Part shown: piece by piece, positions 42,111-55,910 of the stretch
Layout of the letters: every line of letters starts with the position of its first letter
Position numbering within the stretch: position 1 is the first letter of the stretch
Source: Octopus sinensis
Taxonomy: Eukaryota
Direction of reading: 5' to 3'
DNA: 64,000 nt
NCBI RefSeq assembly: GCF_006345805.1
Contig: NC_042998.1
Location: forward strand, 83,576,001 to 83,640,000
Position numbers and translations under genes: made by a program
The notes under the pieces: generated by a model
Database searches by the model: none
What the model was told of the DNA's origin: nothing
The model's input: only the letters and a program-made list of their open reading frames with translations

Positions 42111-42817
42111 GGGATCTATTTGATTGGTTGCCAGCATTTCAAAAATTAAAGTGTATCGAAAATTTTAAAATATGGCACATTAATATACTTTTTTAAACTG
42201 AATTGCTGGAGTTATTTCACCTTTTCTAGAAAAATGTTTTTAAAAAGTTAGAGGTTCAAAGTTTGATCATTTTCATCCAGTAGGGAAACATGATTTGAAA
42301 GTTGTCATTATGTGCGTGGCTGTACATTTTTTTCAACATTCTGAAAAGAGCACGTGTTGTCAAGAAAGAGTAAACAACACGTCTTTTGTAGTTTTAAGCA
42401 TTACAATAGCACGAACTTAAAAAAATTATTTAAAAACAAAAATAGCACACTACAAATTAAATATTAAAAAAAAAACAAGCATTTTGTTGACCAGTTCATA
42501 ATTTCACCTGCTCAGTTGTCAACAGATAGGTAAAACAAGTGGTTTCAATATATTTCTTAATACGTGTTTTCTCGCAGACAAAAAAGTTCTCATGTTCCGC
42601 TTGTTACTATGGAAACAGGCATGAATGTGTCTGTGACTTACGATTGGTTAAAATTACCTAAAATTTTCAAATTTTAATTGCTAATAACTCTTTAGTTATT
42701 GATTTATAGGGAAAATGATTATCAAGTCATTCATTAGCCTATAAAAGTGTATCATTACACTGAATATGAAATCAATTCGAACAGAATTGATGCTGGCAGC
42801 CAAACTGAACAGATCCC
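42111..42817. mobile_element. Non-autonomous DNA transposon with GGGATCT..GGCTGCC-type TIRs; shorter copy at 46204-46636
   Basis: gggatctatttgattggttgcc ... ggcagccaaactgaacagatccc; superfamily not determined. Confidence 0.55.
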
Positions 42818-43183
42818 AGAAAAGTTTAAACAGGGACTCAGCTCATTCTACTCACGGCTTAAATATACTGATAATTTTTGTAACACCTTCACATAGAAAT
42901 ACATTAGCGTACATCTGATCACTACAAATCAAAGCCAAATTATTTAACCGATCTTGTTCCATAGCTTTGCCAAGACAACTCTTCAGTCTTTTGCGAGTAT
43001 TAAAAAATGCTTTACGATGTAAAGCGTGACTGGAAAATCAACCAACAAACCAACTATTTCCATCGTTTATTAACATATAGAGATTGAGAGCGTCGAGATG
43101 GTTATACTTAGTGGTATTCGTCCGTCTTTACGTTCTGAGTTCAAGTTCTGCCGAGGTCGACTTGCCCTTTCATCCCTTTCGGG

Positions 43184-43349
43184 CACTAGCTTAGCTAGAG
43201 TGTGTGCCGCCTGGGGTGGTCCTTCTGTTTTCCGCCCCAGGACCCCACAAAAAACACATATTGCCTACAGCAGACCCAAAAGTGCCACCCCTTTAAAAGT
43301 GCCACTCGGAACGGACCGACCCTGCAGCCCCACCCCATCTACGCTAGTA
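43184..43349. mobile_element. 166-bp hAT-like MITE inserted in a SINE
   Basis: TIR cactagcttag / ctacgctagta; 8-bp TSD ctttcggg/cttttggg. Confidence 0.7.
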
Positions 43350-44685
43350 CTTTTGGGGTCGATAAAATTAGTGCCAGCTGAGCACTGCAATCGACTTACA
43401 CTATTCGCCGAAATTGCTGGCGTTGTGCATAAAAAAGAAAAGAAACTATTATTGTATAGAGATTACAGACGCTGTTCATGTTCTTTAGTAGTTCTGGGAG
43501 ATGGAGTATAACAAAAACAACAATAACAACAACAACAACAATAAAGAATGATATCGCAGTCAGTAAAAAAAATAATGTTAATTTGAAATGATTGATGCTC
43601 ATTTTCTCATGATAAACTGAATGAACGACTAACTACGCTTAATTATGTGCTGTATTAGATATTGCATGTTAGATACCTTACTGCGACAAAATAATTTCAA
43701 CATCTAGATGTATCCCATTACAACATGTGAGATTAATTTTCAAAAGCTAGATTTATATCTAACGATAGTTTTTCTTTGTTCAGTGTCTTGTAATTTGGAC
43801 ATTTACTATGAGTTATTCTTTGCCTAGCTTCTGTTAATAAAAATCGATTGTTTTTTGTTTTTTTTTGGTGGTGGGGGTTGTATTTGATTTTCATAATTAC
43901 CGTATTTGGTGGCAAATAAGAGGCACTTTGGAAATAATATATTTCTAAATCTCTCAGAGAGATTTAGAAATATATTATTTCTATTTTCAAAAATCAGTGA
44001 ATGTATTTCACTTGAAATATATGTTTTCAAAAGCGGATAGTCATCGACAGCTAGCAAGCCATGCTAGTCCGGACTGATGATGAGCAATGACTCTGAAACT
44101 AGTCTCTGCATGCTGGCTTTGCTGGGTTAAGGTGCTTGTCTCCACTTTGAAAACATAAGGACACAGGAAATGTGTCAAGTCCAACAGGAAACGGTGTTTC
44201 CTAGGGCTAAATAACAGTAGCATTCTTCCCTTTTATGGGACTATCTCATTAAGTTGACAACATTCTAAGACGCACTTTATTTTTCCAAAACTATGCCTCA
44301 AAAAGTCACCCCGAGCCTTATATGCGAAGTTGGGCTTTGTTTAAACTTATACATCATTGCCATATCAGAGAAGTTTGTACAGCTTCGAACCACCTCACTC
44401 AGATTCTTAGTTTAGAACAACGGCTTAACTGTATTTCAATAACATGTAAGACAATCCATAAGAAATTAACTGTATTTCCATAAAAGGCAGTTCTTTCTTC
44501 TCAAGGTTAAATATATTGATAAGCTTTGTAATGTCTTCACATAGAAATGCATTATCGTACACCCGATCATTACAAATCAGAGCCACATGCTTTAATACAC
44601 TAAAATTTTTTTCCTGAATGTGTGTTTCTGAAATTGGGGTTCCTCTAATACGCCTATGCGTCTTTTATGTCATGAAATATGATAT

Positions 44686-45095
44686 ATTCTTTTACTCTTT
44701 TATTTGTTTCAGTCATTTGACCGCGGCCATGCTGGGGCACCGCCTTTATTCGAGCAAATCGACCCCAGGACTTATTCTTTGTAAGCCTAGTACTTATTCT
44801 ATCGGTCTCTTTTGCGAACCGCTAAGTTACGGGGACGTAAACCCACCAGCATCGGTTGTCAAGCGATGTTGGGGGGGGGGACAACTAGACACACAAACAT
44901 ATACACACATACATATATATACATATATACGACGGGATTCTTTCAGTTTCCGTCTACCAAATCCACTCACAAGGCTTTGATCGACCCGCGGCTATTGTAG
45001 AAGACACTTGCCCGAGGTGCCACGCACTGGGACTGAACCTGGAACGATGTGGTTGGTAACCAAGCTACTTACCAGACAGCTACTCCTGCACCTGT
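44686..45095 (-). mobile_element. Major SINE family, near full length, with internal (TA/CA)n
   Basis: Reverse complement of the head tggtaagtagcttg...ttccaggttcagtccca plus the conserved tail. Confidence 0.75.
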
Positions 45096-45484
45096 TTACA
45101 TATTTTAATCAGATCCCCTGATTAAAGATGTAATATACATTAATTTATTGTATACTATACAATACTAGTGAGTTAGTATTCTGGTTCGACCATTGGTAGT
45201 TAAAGGTGTTGAGTGACTACCGGGTGGTTTTTGTGAAGGACGAGCGAAGATAATGTATAAGACCAAGTCTATTGCGACTATGTTCGTGGGCCGTGACTTT
45301 TCCTCTAGGAAGAGTGATTAGTGGCGTGGTCATTTTTTACTATATATTATTATCGTAAAATCTAGTTTGACATATTTTGTATAATTTGACATGTTAGGTA
45401 TCGAAATACAAATCGTCCATTAGCAATACTGAAATCTATTTCGATTGTCAGGAAACGCAGAAGAAACATAAAATATTCTTTTCT

Positions 45485-46080
45485 ACTCTAGGCACAAGGC
45501 CTGAAATTTTGGGGGAGGGGGCAGTTGATTAGATCGATCCCAGTACGCAACTGGTACTTAATATATTGACCCCGAAAGGATGAAAGGCAAAGTCGAGCTC
45601 GGCGGAATTTGAACTCAGAACATACAGACAGATGAAATACCGATTTCTTTACTACCCACAGAGAGGACAAACAAGGACAGACAAACGGATTAAGTCGATT
45701 ATATCGACCCCAGTGCGTAACTAGTATTTATTTAATCGATCCCGAAAGGATGAAAGGCAAAGTCAACCTCGGCGGAATTTGAACTCAGAACGTAACGGCA
45801 GACAAAATACCGCTAAGCATTTCGCCCGGTATGCTAACGTTTCCGCCAGCTCGCCGCCTTAGAAGCATAAAATATTTATTTCTTTATTGCCCACAGGGGG
45901 CTAAACATAGAGGGGACAAAGGGATTAAATCGATTACATCGACCCCAGTGTGCGTAACTGGTACTTATTTAATCGACCCCGGAAGGATGAAAGGTAATGT
46001 CGAGCTCGGCGGAATTTGAACTCAGAACGTAAAAACAGACGTAATACCACGAAGCATCTCGCCCGGCGTGCTAACGTTTC
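45485..46080 (-). mobile_element. Three tandem SINE-like repeat copies
   Basis: gaaaggatgaaaggcaaagtc...cggcggaatttgaactcagaac repeated three times. Confidence 0.8.
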
Positions 46081-46744
46081 TTAGAAGCATGAAATATTAA
46101 AGAAGCAACTACAGTGTTGCATGACCTATGACCTCATTTCTAGCTGTAACCTGATTAAAACGTGATGCAACACCGATATCAATTATGTATTAACTAAGGA
46201 GAAGGATCTTTTCTGCTTGGCTGCCAAGATTTCAAAAATTAAAGTTTATCTAAAATTTTAAAATTTGGTGCCTTAATGTAGTTTTCCAAGCTGAATTGCT
46301 GGTTATCTAAAAACAAAATCAAACAGATCGATAAAATTTCCAGTTAAGTAAAACAGCAGAACACAAGTGGTTTCAATATATTTGTCAACAGGTGCTTTCT
46401 CGCAAACAAAAGAGTTCTCATGTTCCGCTTGTTACAAGCATGAATGTGTCTGTGATTACAATTGGCTAACATTACCCAAAATTTTCAAACTTTTATAGCT
46501 AATAACTCTTTATTTATTTACTTTTTTATTTATAGAGAAAATGATTTTCATAGCATAGATTAGCCTATAAAAGTGTATCTGAATATGAAATCAATTCGAA
46601 CAGAAATTGACCATGGCAGCCAAATAGAAAAGATCCAATAAGAGTGGATGGGACAAGACAGGTGAAGTATTATCTCCTACATCTTTAATTGTTCTACTTT
46701 AATCCGAAGAAACTGCGATTATCGGCTTGCATATTTCTCTCTAT

Positions 46745-47150
46745 AGGTATGGCTGCGTGGTTAAGAAGCTCACTTTGCAACCACGTGGTTTCAGGTTCAA
46801 TCCCACTGCGCGGTACATGGGCAAGCGTCTTCTACTCTAGCACGAGATCGATTTATCCTTGCGAGTGAATTTAGTAGATGGAAACTGGGTGGGATCTCAT
46901 TGTGTGTGTGTGTGTGTGTATTTTCTTTCTGTGTTATTTGTCATACATTCACATCATGCCGCCGCTTGGCAACTGGCGGTGGTTTGTTTACGTCCACGTA
47001 ACTTAGCGGTTCGGTCACACAGGTCAATAGAATAAGTATCAATCTTAATACAAAAAAAAAATAGAACGTAATCATCGTGTTTGATTTGTTCGGCTAAAAC
47101 CCTTCAAGGCGGTGCCCCAGCATGGCCGCAGTCCAATGACTGAAACTAGT
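46745..47150 (+). mobile_element. Major tRNA-derived SINE
   Basis: A box tggctgcgtgg, B box ggttcaatccc, (TG)n middle, tail catggccgcagtccaatgactgaaac. Confidence 0.75.
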
Positions 47151-49186
47151 AAAAGATGAAACAAAAAGATACAATGATACTGGTAACATCGAACCATCTT
47201 TCTCTCTCTCAAGAAGTAATTGTCATCCTTGTAATACCCCATCCACGTATCGTTTTAAATAGCGGTAGACTTTATCTTTAGTAACAGGCACTAAAATAAC
47301 ATCTGACTTTTTATAAAAGCGATAGTATAATACCTTGTAATGCAATATTTAACGTTCAGAAGGTTTAGTAGAACATAGTAATTTACTATAAGAGGAAATG
47401 ACAATAGCATTAAACCAAGGTTTGCTTGACAGCATACAAGGTAATAGCATTCAGAGGTGTGGTATAACAGTGTCCTAATGAACGAAAGAAAAGTTTGAGC
47501 TACTCGTTATAGGGTCACAATTCCAGAAGAAGGTGTATGCTGCATAAATAACATGTACCACTGTTACTGTATATTGTAAAATGTGAACAGGATAAATGCT
47601 CGAACAGTCCATAAATAGTTATTTAATTCTAGAGTGTGTCTTCTTTCGATATTGTCCACATGGTGGAGTTGAGCTCCGACAGCAACATGACAAATTACGT
47701 TTGACTTTCTTGGAGGCTTAGCTGGGACTGATTAAAATTTTCACGCATAGATGGATAATAGTTCAATCTTAGGGAATTAGTGCTCCTACAGATCTTTGTG
47801 GTTATAAATAATGAGTCTGTGAAAAGGGCTACAGGGTTGCCTATGTGCATGAGCTTTTAGCTTAGATCTTACTAAATCGAAAAAAGAAGGCGGCGAACTG
47901 ATAGAGTTGTTAGTACGCTGGGCGAAATGCTTAGAGATATTTCGTCCGTTACCTTTTATCTTCTGTGGATCAATAAAATAAGTACGAGTTGAGCACAGGG
48001 GTCCGTTTAATCGCCTTAGCTCCTGCTCTAAATCTGCTGACTTTGTGCCAAAATTTGAAAACAATAAATCGAAAGAAACGTTGTGAATATTAGATTCATA
48101 TATTAACGCGAGGTCCATGAACTTCTTTAATCTGTTGGGTATGAAAATGCATATTATAGTACTATAATATAGTACTTTTGCGGATTTAGGATACATTAAG
48201 AACTAACAAGTTCGCGTGACTAGTCACACACTCTCATACACACACATATGAGTACACACCAAAAGCTGTTTTACATATTATAACTGTGGCAATAGCTTTT
48301 ATCTAAACTGTTCAGAGTGAGTTGAACTCACACTGAACGCTTTGCTATGCATGCCACGTAATTCATAATTACATAATTAACATTGTCACCAACCCGGGCT
48401 ATGTGTCTTCCCGAGTGAGGTCGACATTGAATATATGTATATTTATATGTAGTAGCTTCATGCAGGCATGGCATAGATTCGATCCTTGATCGCCAAATTT
48501 CCCTTAATAATTCAACAGCATTTTTCTCACAGTAAAACGATAGTTTTTTTTCTGTGAGTGACAGTAGTTAGATGCCTTCGTTAAGCAGATTAATGTCCTT
48601 GCCTCTTGACCCTTCTAACCTCTTCTATTTCACCAAAAGCTAGAAAAGAGATAACAGACTGCCAACGAAATTCATTGTTCTCAATAATATGTCTCTCTCT
48701 TTCTAACTAGTTTGGATAATTATAAATACTAAAACACCATAGGAAAAAGTGAGTTGGCAAAAAGGAGATGACGCAGAGGCGACCAAAGGCAAAATCCAGT
48801 TAGTGAGATAATTTAACTGAGAGAAGGCTTACAGTGAGAATGTCAACTATGATACAGTGTCTTATCACAACACCACTGCTGTTTAAATGTCAGGCATAAT
48901 GAAGGTTTCATTTTATCTACCTCCTACACTTAATATTCACTCTATCTTCCTCTAATTCCTAGTTGGGCAGCTAGCAGTTGACCAAACATAAACTGCAACC
49001 ACATACAAGAAAAGGTAACTCTATTGTTTTTACATAATACACACACCTGCCCGTCGAGGCATGGCATTATTCAAAGAAACGGTAAATAAATATTTCTTTA
49101 CAACTGCGATTGCTGTTCTTCTTCCATCTTGTACATCTGCAACAACCGTTACACTGGTGACCACTGATTCCACCTTAACCATAACG

Positions 49187-49221
<35 letters not shown>

Positions 49222-50704
49222 AAATTTACAGAAAAACAAAAGACAATATATATATAACTTAAATAAACTTGAATACTGTAGCTGGCTAACTTAGCCATTG
49301 TTGGGAGACATCTTTTATCCATTAGAAATTTAACTTGCTGTAAATTTAGTTTAGCATTTATACGAGGTCTTACATCTCCTTTCGAAATTGCTGTGCTAGG
49401 GCTGTGTGAGGCACGCCGATATATAATTTAATTCATGTCTGACTGAGTTAGGTTAGAACAAACAGAAAGAAAACGAAATAGTATCGCTATAATTTTCCCA
49501 ATCTAAATCGTGAGTGATGAATATTTTATTGTTGATGGTCTAATTAAGCATCAGTGCAAAACTAGAAAAATATATTTCATAGTTTTGTTACATACAGAGA
49601 ACATGTGTGGAATATCTATGAATTTTATATTGTTATAACCCTGTAAAGATGCATTTTATATTGTTATAACCCAGTGAAAATGGGTGTGTAGGCAACGCTA
49701 ATTGAGACAGATTCGCATGCCCACAAAATATTCGTTGGGAGTCAATGACAGTTATCTCTCCTGATCGAACATTCTTGAAGATTCCAGAAAATTCTAGGCG
49801 AACATGATTAACTTCTCTTTTGCTAATATACTACGCATAACTTCAAAATACTACGTAGGAGGTCGCTAGTAGCAAATCGCCTATTTAAGCGGCATTCCCG
49901 CATAAATCAGCCTCTCTACTGCTTCTTCGAGATATGACAGTAGTCCACCGCGACCTAGAGAGAGCCAGGCACATGAATTCGATTTCTGATTTCCTACCAA
50001 TAGCTCATCTTGGTAGTCTGTCTAGTGCCTGTAGAAAGTAAATCTCGAAGCTTGATTTATTTCTATTTCCTTAAAGTCATCATGGAACATGGCAAGATGT
50101 TCAAAACCTTTCTTCTTCCCAGAAATCTTTATTCAACATTGTATACTCCTTGTACGTGTTCATTTATCACATGTGGGAATAAAACCTTGAACATAAAGCT
50201 ATTCACACAAGATCAGTGTTATTGTCTTTTACTGTACAGAGGTAATATTTCATAGTGGATTAATTCAGTCCAGTTATTAAAGTGTTGAAGTTTTATTAGC
50301 GACTTCCCACGCTAACAGTTCACTGGGGTATTTTTGAAAGACAACTCGATGGAGAAATACACAATAGTGAGAACATTTGCTCCACGAAGAGAGTGGGAGG
50401 GAGAGAGAGTTAAATTACTTGAAAATGTTGATTTCATTCATGCTGCACGCATAATTGATATTTCAAAGGCTATTGAAAAGATGCGATCATTCAGACTTCA
50501 GTTAAAAATAGAATACGAGTTCTTCATTTTCTATCGTATGCAGCAAGTGTAGTCACTTAGGACTTGAATGAGCACAAGGAATTCTTTATGTTCTGAACAG
50601 TACAAGTGTTAATATAACAGAAGAAACATTGAGTAAACGACAAAGGAAAATAACAGTAAGCGAATTTAAGAACTAAAATTTTTAGATTTAAAAGAAGGAG
50701 CGCA

Positions 50705-51050
50705 GGCATGGCTGTATGGTTAAGTAGTTCTCTTTGTAAACCCGTGGTTTCGAGTTCAGTCCTACTGTGCGGCAAGTGGTTTTCTATTATAGCTCCGGGT
50801 CAAATTTGGTGGACAGAAACTGTATGGAAAACTGACGTATACGTGTGTGTGTGTGTGTGTGTCTTTGTTCACCTCCACCTCACCACGTGACACCCGGTGT
50901 TGGTTTGTTTATATCTCCGTAACTTAGCATTTCGGCAATAACACTATGACAAAATAAGTACCAGAATTTAAAATTAGTATGGCGATCGATTTGCTCAAAG
51001 TGGTGTCCCAACATGGTTGCAGTCCAATGGCTGAAACAATAAAAAGAAAT
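50705..51050 (+). mobile_element. Major tRNA-derived SINE
   Basis: gcaggcatggctgtatggttaag...ttcgagttcagtcc head and family tail. Confidence 0.7.
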
Positions 51051-52232
51051 AAATTTAAAATAAACGGGGAAGGAGCTCATCATGATGTGGCCAAGTCAGA
51101 GAAACAACTGATGAAAAAAGTGGCCCAAAATGCTAAAAATGAAACAAAAACCAGCATCAGACCTGAAGTCTTGGGAACCCAAACTACATTATCCAAAGTG
51201 TTCTGTTCGACGAAGGTTGCATGCAACATGAGCGATTTGGTTGCTATTTATAACACGTCTATCTACGTTCTAGAAATATCACTCGATGCATCACACATAT
51301 AAACAAGCTCAAAACAGTAGAATGTGATTTGAGGGCTATGTAACTTCTAGTAATCTTGACAAGCAACTACATCGAGATGTTCGTTGCAAGCGCATACATA
51401 CGAAAAGCAGCAGGATTATGACATATATTTAAACGTGGGGGTTGAATTGTTACAGGAGTGTGGATCACAAGAGGTCGATAAAAGATAAACTGAAGAATAT
51501 TCTGAATGGTCATGGTATATGCTAGTATTCTCACGTAACAGCAACCCGGTATGTTCGAATTATTGATATTAGGTAAAACTGGTTATCGTACGTAAAGTCG
51601 AAAGATGGATGAGCAGAAAGAAGAAAAGGCAGAAGGGGAGCAGATAATTACTTACAGCTGTTTCGAGAATAGGTGTGCAGATGCTGCATTTCTCTACAAA
51701 CGATCGTCAGCCAATTTGCGACATATTCCATCTTCGGAGGAAGAACGAGATAGAGCCCTTAACAGGAAGTAATGATCTACTAGTAGTGAGCGATGTACAG
51801 GGATGGAATTAAAGGAAGAGCGGCAGAGAATACAATGTCATAATAATAATAATAAGATAAATAGAAGCTAACAAACATGACAAGGGAGTTGATATACGAC
51901 GTTTAAGAGTAAGATATATAGAAAGACGTGGGTAGGTAGGGGGAATGCTAGGTGGGATGGTGTGAAGGAGATCCTGTGTAAAATAGCAACAGCATATGAG
52001 ACAAGTAAATTAGAATTATCAATTAGCTAGACTAGCTACCGAGGAGGGGTCATTATGTGAAGAATGGGTCTAGGGTTTCAGAGTGTAGAGTGACGCACGA
52101 GATAAAATATACCTACTAGCCACTATCTGAGTACTATGGTGGTCAGTGCAATGTGAGTGGGGAGGAAAGGGAGAAGCAAGAGGATCGCGAGATAATGTTA
52201 TGGATTAGGTAGACGGAAACTGACAAAAGTCC

Positions 52233-52270
<38 letters not shown>

Positions 52271-52315
52271 CAATAATAAATCTCTGAACGAGATGTAAAC
52301 AGTAACCGCTCGACA

Positions 52316-52765
52316 ACGTAAAGTATACTAGCCGTCTCAATATGGCTAACCACTAAGGGTGGGTGTTACTGTAGCTTTTATCCCCCGGAGATCACCGTGT
52401 CCAGCTGGCTTTAGGCACACTTTCTGTGCCCTTATGATATTTGCAAAGGGAGGTCATCCCTCTCTCGTAAACCTAAGTGATACGCACGGACTGGGAAAAG
52501 CATTATATAGATATTCGCAATCAGGTCTCTCTTCATCGAAAACCGGTGATTACCGTACGTTGACATGAGGCAAATACCTCGAAACTGCAGTCCGTGCGTA
52601 TCACTTAGGTTTACGAGAGAGAGATGACCTCCCTTTGCAAATATCATAAGAGCACAAAAAGTGTGCCTAAAGCCAGCTGGAGACGATGATCTCCTGGGGC
52701 TAAAAGCTACAGTAACACCCACCCTTTGTGGTTAGCCATATTGAGATGGCTAGTATACTTTACGT
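52316..52765. mobile_element. 450-bp foldback element: 178-bp inverted arms, 94-bp spacer
   Basis: 52316-52493 is the reverse complement of 52588-52765 with few mismatches. Confidence 0.9.
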
Positions 52766-52814
52766 ATATATATATATATATGTGTGTGTGTGTACATACA
52801 TACATATATATATA

Positions 52815-52896
<82 letters not shown>

Positions 52897-52914
52897 TTTG
52901 ATACTTTGATAGGT

Positions 52915-53108
52915 TTCGGCCATTATTGGCCCAGGCCATGTCTAACTTAATAGCACCACCTGGTTGAAGTCTTTCAAGTCAGAATTTGGGCACTATGGCC
53001 CACTCAAGTAGAGAGTTATTGTTTACAGAGACATATCCGGGTGTAGGAGGTTTATCCGGGATTTCTTGAAGGAATCTGTCCAAAGACTTCTTGAACCCTA
53101 TAGGGTCT
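52915..53108 (-). mobile_element. 3' end of another CR1-group LINE
   Basis: DPIGFKKSLDRFLQEIPDKPPTPGYVSVNNNSL followed by a short UTR and (TA)n. Confidence 0.6.
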
Positions 53109-53196
53109 GTATATATATGTATATATATACATACATACATACATACATACATACATACATACAGACATACATAGACAGACAGACAGACAGACAGAC

Positions 53197-53241
<45 letters not shown>

Positions 53242-53989
53242 TTCTCTGCGTGTGTGTGTATGAATTTATCCACTACCAGCGCTTGACAACCGGTGTTGGT
53301 TTGTGTATATCCCGTAACTTAGTGGTTCGGCAAACGATACCGATAGAATACGCATCAGACTTTAAAAAAAGTACTAGGGTTGTTTCATTCGGCTAAAAAT
53401 ACGGTTATAAATCAGCTAACAAGATTCAAGTTCATAAGTTTATAACCTATAGAATACCGAACGGGCGTTCTGAATGTGCTTTAGATGTATGCGTCTGTTG
53501 ATAGTAACCAGAATAAAGAACTTACTCATTGTAATGACAAGCAATTAATATTTAGAAATGTAAGTTCAATGAAAAGTATGAATATGATTAAATGTTGGTA
53601 TAGGAAAAATTTATACATTAGCTGAGAATACCTATAAGTAGTTGGTAAAATATAATATGTTTGCTAGGAAATAATATTTAGTAAAATCATTGTGTTGAAA
53701 ATACGAGCAGAATGTAGATAAAAATAAAATGAATTATGGAATATGAAGTCATGCAGTTCGAGTAAGTGGTGAATTTAGGATAGGGGAAGCAACTAAGGAT
53801 TTCAGAGAAGTTTATAAAAGGATAACCATGGCAAAAGATGAGGACTAAAATGGTGAACTGCAGATTAAATTAAATAGGCATATGATGTACATCTAGTTTT
53901 TGTGAGAACTGTGTAGAGAGATTCAGAACTCTTAGGTTTGTAATGAAATCGGAATATGTGAACACGCGTAGTAAACGCATCATTTTGTT

Positions 53990-54330
53990 CAGTGATTAAG
54001 GTGGGTTATGTAACAGAATCTGTATAGATTTTTTGAGCACAGCTAACCTTTGTGTCTTGCTATGGTACTCAAGTATCGATGACAAAGTAATATCATGTGG
54101 CACAATGTGGTTAGCTAGTGTGGTAGATTCATTATTTTTAGCAGATTTAAAAGAGTTTAAGTGGACTATGTATCGGCGTTTAAAGTTGACGGTGGAACCA
54201 GTGTATATCTTGATAGAATTTTGTTCTTTGTTAAGGATCATACATTTATAAACAACGTTAAATCTGCAGTTGTTGCCTTATATTGGACATTTACAACGTA
54301 TTTTGAAGTTGCATCCGTCCCTGTTAGATT
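53990..54330 (-). mobile_element. Penelope-like element GIY-YIG endonuclease remnant
   Basis: NVVYKC..KIYTGSTVNFKRRY..H..SF..TTLANHI. Confidence 0.75.
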
Positions 54331-54479
54331 CATTTGCATTCTGCTTATTGTTAGTATTATTACTAAGATACCTATCTGGAGTTAAACTAGGTCTGTCAGT
54401 TTCATCTCCCTCACATATGTTATATTCCAGAGTATTTGCGGTGTTGTACTAGTTTTCTTATTATCATTGTTATTATTTT

Positions 54480-54547
<68 letters not shown>

Positions 54548-54665
54548 TTACCTATCTATTTCTTTATGTATCTATTTATTTATTGATTTGTGGTGTGTGA
54601 GTTATATCTGTTCATTCTGAATGCATTTGACGCTGCTATAATGGATCCAATGTTAGGTGCCGTTG

Positions 54666-54696
<31 letters not shown>

Positions 54697-54734
54697 TGTA
54701 TGTATGTATGTATGTATGTATGTATGTATGTATG

Positions 54735-54777
<43 letters not shown>

Positions 54778-54783
<6 letters not shown>

Positions 54784-55910
54784 CTTGGTTGAACGTCGCT
54801 GAACAGTTTCCAGACGATTAATATCCTGGGCAAGATAGGGATTCCAGACCGGTGATGCAAATTGCAGGCGAGGCCGCACCATAGCTATATAAAGCCTCAG
54901 ATAGATAGCCGGAGTGGTAAGTGATGCCAAGACACCCTCAGCCGTCTTGGCAATTTTAGCAATGTGTTTTGTCCAATACAAATCGCCGTCGACAATAATA
55001 CCAAGGTCACGTTCACAAGAAGACTTTTTGAGATTAGTGTTGTGGAGGGAGTAAGTAGACTTTGGGTTTTTCCTCCCAAAATGCATGGTGGTACATATAT
55101 CCACAGCCAGCTTGAGTTGCCAGTCCATGATCCATTGCTGCATTGTGTCCAGGTCTGTTTGTAATAAAGATCTATAGTGTACAGGATCTGTCCTCTTTAT
55201 TCAAAGTAAAGCTTGATGTCATCTGCATATTTCAGCACTGTCGCATTCTTTAAGTTGGCATATATGTCATTAATATATGCAACAAATAAAAGGGGACCAA
55301 GAACAGATCCCTGTGGTACACCAGATGTCATCTCATAGGTTGAAGAGTGCTGTCCTAGAAATGTGACAGCCTCTTTTCGGCCGATAATGAAGGACATCAA
55401 CCAGTTATAGAGATCATCTCTTACACCCACTGCAGAGAGTTTCACCATAAGTCTTTTGTATGGCACAGAATTAAAAGCCTTAGCAAAGTCCAGGTAAACA
55501 ACATCTACACAGGAGATGCCATTAGTGATTCGGGGAATGTCCTCGAGAAATTCGATGAGTTGATTACAGCAGCTGGAGTTAGAAATAAATCTAAATTGTG
55601 ACGGCCGGATGAGGCTTTGAGATTTCCAGAAGTTCCAGATGGTTTCTCTGACACAGGATTCCATTCATTTGGCGATGCAGCTAGTAAGACTGACGGGGCG
55701 ATAGTTGACATGCGATGTGCGATCACGTTTTTTGAACAGAGGGATAACACTGGCAGTTTTCCACTGCTCTGGAGTAGCACCATTGTCAAGACAGAATTGA
55801 AAGAATAGTAAAAGTTGGTTCAGAAGAAAGTACCCACCGCGTTTAAAAAGTATGTAAGGATAAAAATTTGTTGTTATAATTGCATACGGTAGAATGTGAA
55901 AGATGGGCAA
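54778..55910 (-). pseudogene. Degenerate CR1-group LINE reverse transcriptase
   Basis: WKTASVIPLFKK..NYRPVSLTS, VDVVYLDFAKAFNSV, SGVPQGSVLGPLLF..YIND, KYADD, ERDLGIIVD; possible ORF1 remnants further upstream to about 58300. Confidence 0.88.
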
